A DNA stretch of 64,000 nt, from the NCBI RefSeq assembly GCF_006345805.1, contig NC_043000.1, positions 75,268,001-75,332,000 of the forward strand, written 5' to 3'. Both the position numbers and the translations under genes were made by a program. Below are positions 61,489-64,000 of the stretch, one piece after another. The DNA is from Octopus sinensis (Eukaryota). The notes below the pieces were generated by a model. That model saw only the letters and a program-made list of their open reading frames with translations, searched no databases and was not told where the DNA came from. Position 1 is the first letter of the stretch, and each line of letters opens with the position of its first letter.

Positions 61489-62301
61489 GTGAGAATTGCA
61501 TTCTCTAACACTAGAAATCTTTCACAAATTATCGCTTCCCATAATAACAAGCTGCTAAATAGAGATTCTTCACCCGGAAGATCCAACTCTATTTTTATCA
61601 ATTCCAACCAAACATACAATAATATTAATAGAAATAGTATTGATAGTAGCAACATTCGTAGCAACGTTAGTGTTAGCAATGATAGTATTAATAACAGCAC
61701 TAGTCGGGTTTATAACAATGGTAGTGTTGATGGTATCAACAACAATATTTCTATTGCCAGGAATATTGCTGGTTGTAATACAATTAATAATAATAATAAT
61801 AATAATAATAGAAATAATGTACTGGTTAATACTAGCAGTAATATAAACAGCAATTATATCATTAATAATTCAGTCTCAATCTCCGAAGTAAACCCTAACA
61901 GATTAAGGTTCTTGTCCAGTAACTCCAAAATTAAAAATACAATTTACCAATGTAGAATTTCTACAGGTATTGATGTCTTCTTTTATATTGGGGCAACAAC
62001 TTCCAAATTATCACAGAGAATTTCCAATCATTATTCAACGTTCCGAGATAAGAGAAAACAACAGAGTACAGGACTAAGTAAATTAGTTTGGTGTCTTAAG
62101 GATAATAATATAACTTTTAAGCTGGATTGGTCCATATTGTCTGTATCCTTTCCTTTTGATAAGGGCAGGAAATTTTGTGGAATTTGTATTTCCGAGCTCT
62201 TCCATATCATTTTCGCCAAGTTCACTTTGGTTAACACATTAACAGAAAAATCCTATAAGTGTATGCACTGGTTAAAACACACTTTCCATTCATATAAATA
62301 A
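61489..62301 (+). CDS. PLE C-terminus: Asn-rich linker + GIY-YIG endonuclease
   Basis: RIAFSNTRNLSQII, NTIYQC, FYIGAT, RISNH, CGICISE, LVN, KCMH. Confidence 0.85.
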   Translation: MRIAFSNTRNLSQIIASHNNKLLNRDSSPGRSNSIFINSNQTYNNINRNSIDSSNIRSNVSVSNDSINNSTSRVYNNGSVDGINNNISIARNIAGCNTINNNNNNNNRNNVLVNTSSNINSNYIINNSVSISEVNPNRLRFLSSNSKIKNTIYQCRISTGIDVFFYIGATTSKLSQRISNHYSTFRDKRKQQSTGLSKLVWCLKDNNITFKLDWSILSVSFPFDKGRKFCGICISELFHIIFAKFTLVNTLTEKSYKCMHWLKHTFHSYK

Positions 62302-62834
62302 TATTGATAGTTTCCCTGTTTTAGTATTTAATTTCACGTCCCTTATATGTCACTGGCGTATGTTTATCTCTTCCTCTCTACCTCTCCCTCTCTCTTTCTC
62401 CCTATCTGTCTCTGTCATACGCTCAATCAAACACACAGACACAAATTTCTCGCTTTACTGCTATATTTTTTTTGACAACCATCCCCAACACATACATAAT
62501 TACACACATATACATACATGCAATTATATACACACACTCATACACACACATAAGCAATAAAACTAATTAACCAGAGCAAACACCCCCGCATCCACATACA
62601 TACAGCATGCATAATGTCCCCTTCTTATTTTCATAAATTCCTCTTCCAAACAATTTTGACGTCATTGCTTTTAACGGATTTCAACCCCAGTTGAACCATC
62701 CAACCCATGCTAGCATGGAAAGCGGACGTTAAACAATGATGATGATGATGAAGATGATATATATATATATATATATATATTAAGTATATGAAAGAATGGA
62801 GCTGAACGAAGATTTAACAAAATTCCTTTATTTT

Positions 62835-62920
62835 ATTTTCGACATATGTTTCGAAGTCTGCAAAGTCCCTAATTCCGAGTGAATAAGGAGTCCATTATGC
62901 AGCTTTCTCTTCAGGAAAAT
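62835..62920 (-). ncRNA. Type I hammerhead ribozyme (55-nt helix II)
   Basis: ATTTTC-CTGAAGA-[55 nt]-GAAA-CATATG-TC-GAAAAT. Helix I is a perfect 6 bp, with a GTC cleavage triplet. Confidence 0.88.
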
Positions 62921-63493
62921 CCAGGAACTTAATTCTCCAACAAAATGCACAACAAGCTTTTCGACGACTGCTCACGAGGAGCCCATGAAAATAATGATAA
63001 ATAATGTCTACTTATAGGGGGTGACGCCAGATTGGATGAAAGCAGGAGAAATTGTCCGTTGGACATAGTTCAAGGGCAGAATCAAGGTAGGAGAAGGAAG
63101 GTATAGGAATACTAAAGAGAGTGAATGTATTCTGTATGACTGGTGTTTATATTTGATTTATTTTATGAATGAGTGCTCGAATGTATGAGTGTGTAAAATT
63201 GCCTTAATGTGTGTGTGTGTGTGCATCTTTGAATGCGTGAAAGTGTGTGTGGAAGGCATAGAGAGAGAGATAGCAAAAATTAACGGTCAAGAACTGAAAA
63301 GACTGTGTCTGTGTGTTTGAATGTGTCAACTTAATAGGGAGAGGGCGGCTACAATAGCAATGACAAGATACAAGGTTACTGTTGGGATTAGTAGTAGTTC
63401 TTGGCAACTATGAGAAAGTCTTTTATACTAAAAGGGATGAGGTATCAGCTTTCAAATTTTTTTAGGAAATCCAGGGGTTATCTATATTAGACT

Positions 63494-64000
63494 TCATTGG
63501 TATGAGTGGAAGGTATGCCTTTTCCAGTGTAGGCATCTGAAAGAACTCTCAACAATCGAGTTTATTAGTCGGCCTCGGGCAAACAGAATATGAAAGAGTT
63601 CGGAATTACACAGGGCACAGATTTTTTTGCCCTTATCAAACGGTAAAGACACCGATAATATTGACCATTCCAGCCTAAAAGTTGAATTTGCGTTCTTCAA
63701 ACGCCAGACTAATTTGCTTAGCCCAGTGGAGTGTTGTTTCGTTTTATCCCTAAACGTGGAAAAATGGTTTGATATTCTTGTGGCTAATTTAGATGAGGTA
63801 GCGCCGATATAGAGGTAGACATCGGAACCAGCATAAATTTTGCACTGGTAAATGGCGTTTCTAATTTTGGAGTTATTTGATAAGAACCTTAATCTATTGG
63901 GATTAGTTTCCGATACTAATACAGCGTTCATATTACTATGATGGTTGTAAAAACTACCGCTGGATTTGATACTATTCACCCTATTTTCATTACTATTTAA
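63494..64000 (-). CDS. PLE GIY-YIG endonuclease domain (incomplete at window edge)
   Basis: NAIYQC, LYIGAT, RISNH, TGLSKLVW, CALCNSE, LIN, RCLH. Confidence 0.87.
   Translation of the reverse strand, partial: LNSNENRVNSIKSSGSFYNHHSNMNAVLVSETNPNRLRFLSNNSKIRNAIYQCKIYAGSDVYLYIGATSSKLATRISNHFSTFRDKTKQHSTGLSKLVWRLKNANSTFRLEWSILSVSLPFDKGKKICALCNSELFHILFARGRLINSIVESSFRCLHWKRHTFHSYQ

Larger units (their letters stand above)
61180..62690 (+). mobile_element. 5'-truncated Naiad-type PLE with an inverted 5' pLTR
   Basis: GIY-YIG ORF 61489..62301. 61410-61455 is the exact reverse complement of 62636-62680, and the inverted segment carries a hammerhead. Confidence 0.88.
62790..64000 (-). mobile_element. 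3' part of a third Naiad-type PLE (runs off the window end)
   Basis: GIY-YIG ORF open to 64000, then ~570 nt of 3' sequence, then a sense-strand hammerhead. The spacing matches the 1.7-4.7 kb element. Confidence 0.9.

Overview
AT-rich, repeat-dominated animal genomic DNA, most likely octopus. This is inferred from the tRNA-derived SINEs, RTE elements with (GAT)n tails and large (AT)n/(CA)n blocks; it cannot be proven here. No complete host gene is visible, only a few short candidate exons on the + strand (about 22.0 and 25.8-26.1 kb). Nearly all long ORFs are transposon-derived: four Naiad-type Penelope-like element (PLE) pieces (RT and/or GIY-YIG), one Penelope/Poseidon-type PLE, RTE LINEs (one near-intact 958-aa ORF), two CR1/L2-type LINE families (one near full length with a Myb/SANT-like plus CCCH-finger ORF1), and remnants of Ty3/Gypsy, Helitron, mariner and Merlin. 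The strongest non-coding signal is a set of type I hammerhead ribozyme (HHR) folds that I paired by eye. Three Naiad-linked HHRs have a ~55-nt helix II, compensatory changes and a shared 20-nt motif downstream. There is also one with a 110-nt helix II, two compact CUG(U/A)GAA-core variants and two decayed copies. Other highlights: a covarying 3' stem-loop shared by two LINE families and a SINE, a twin-priming-type inverted RTE insertion, near-perfect fold-back hairpins, a ~1.9-kb palindrome, and an unexplained ~345-bp satellite at the window start. All structure and family calls are by eye; no searches were run.
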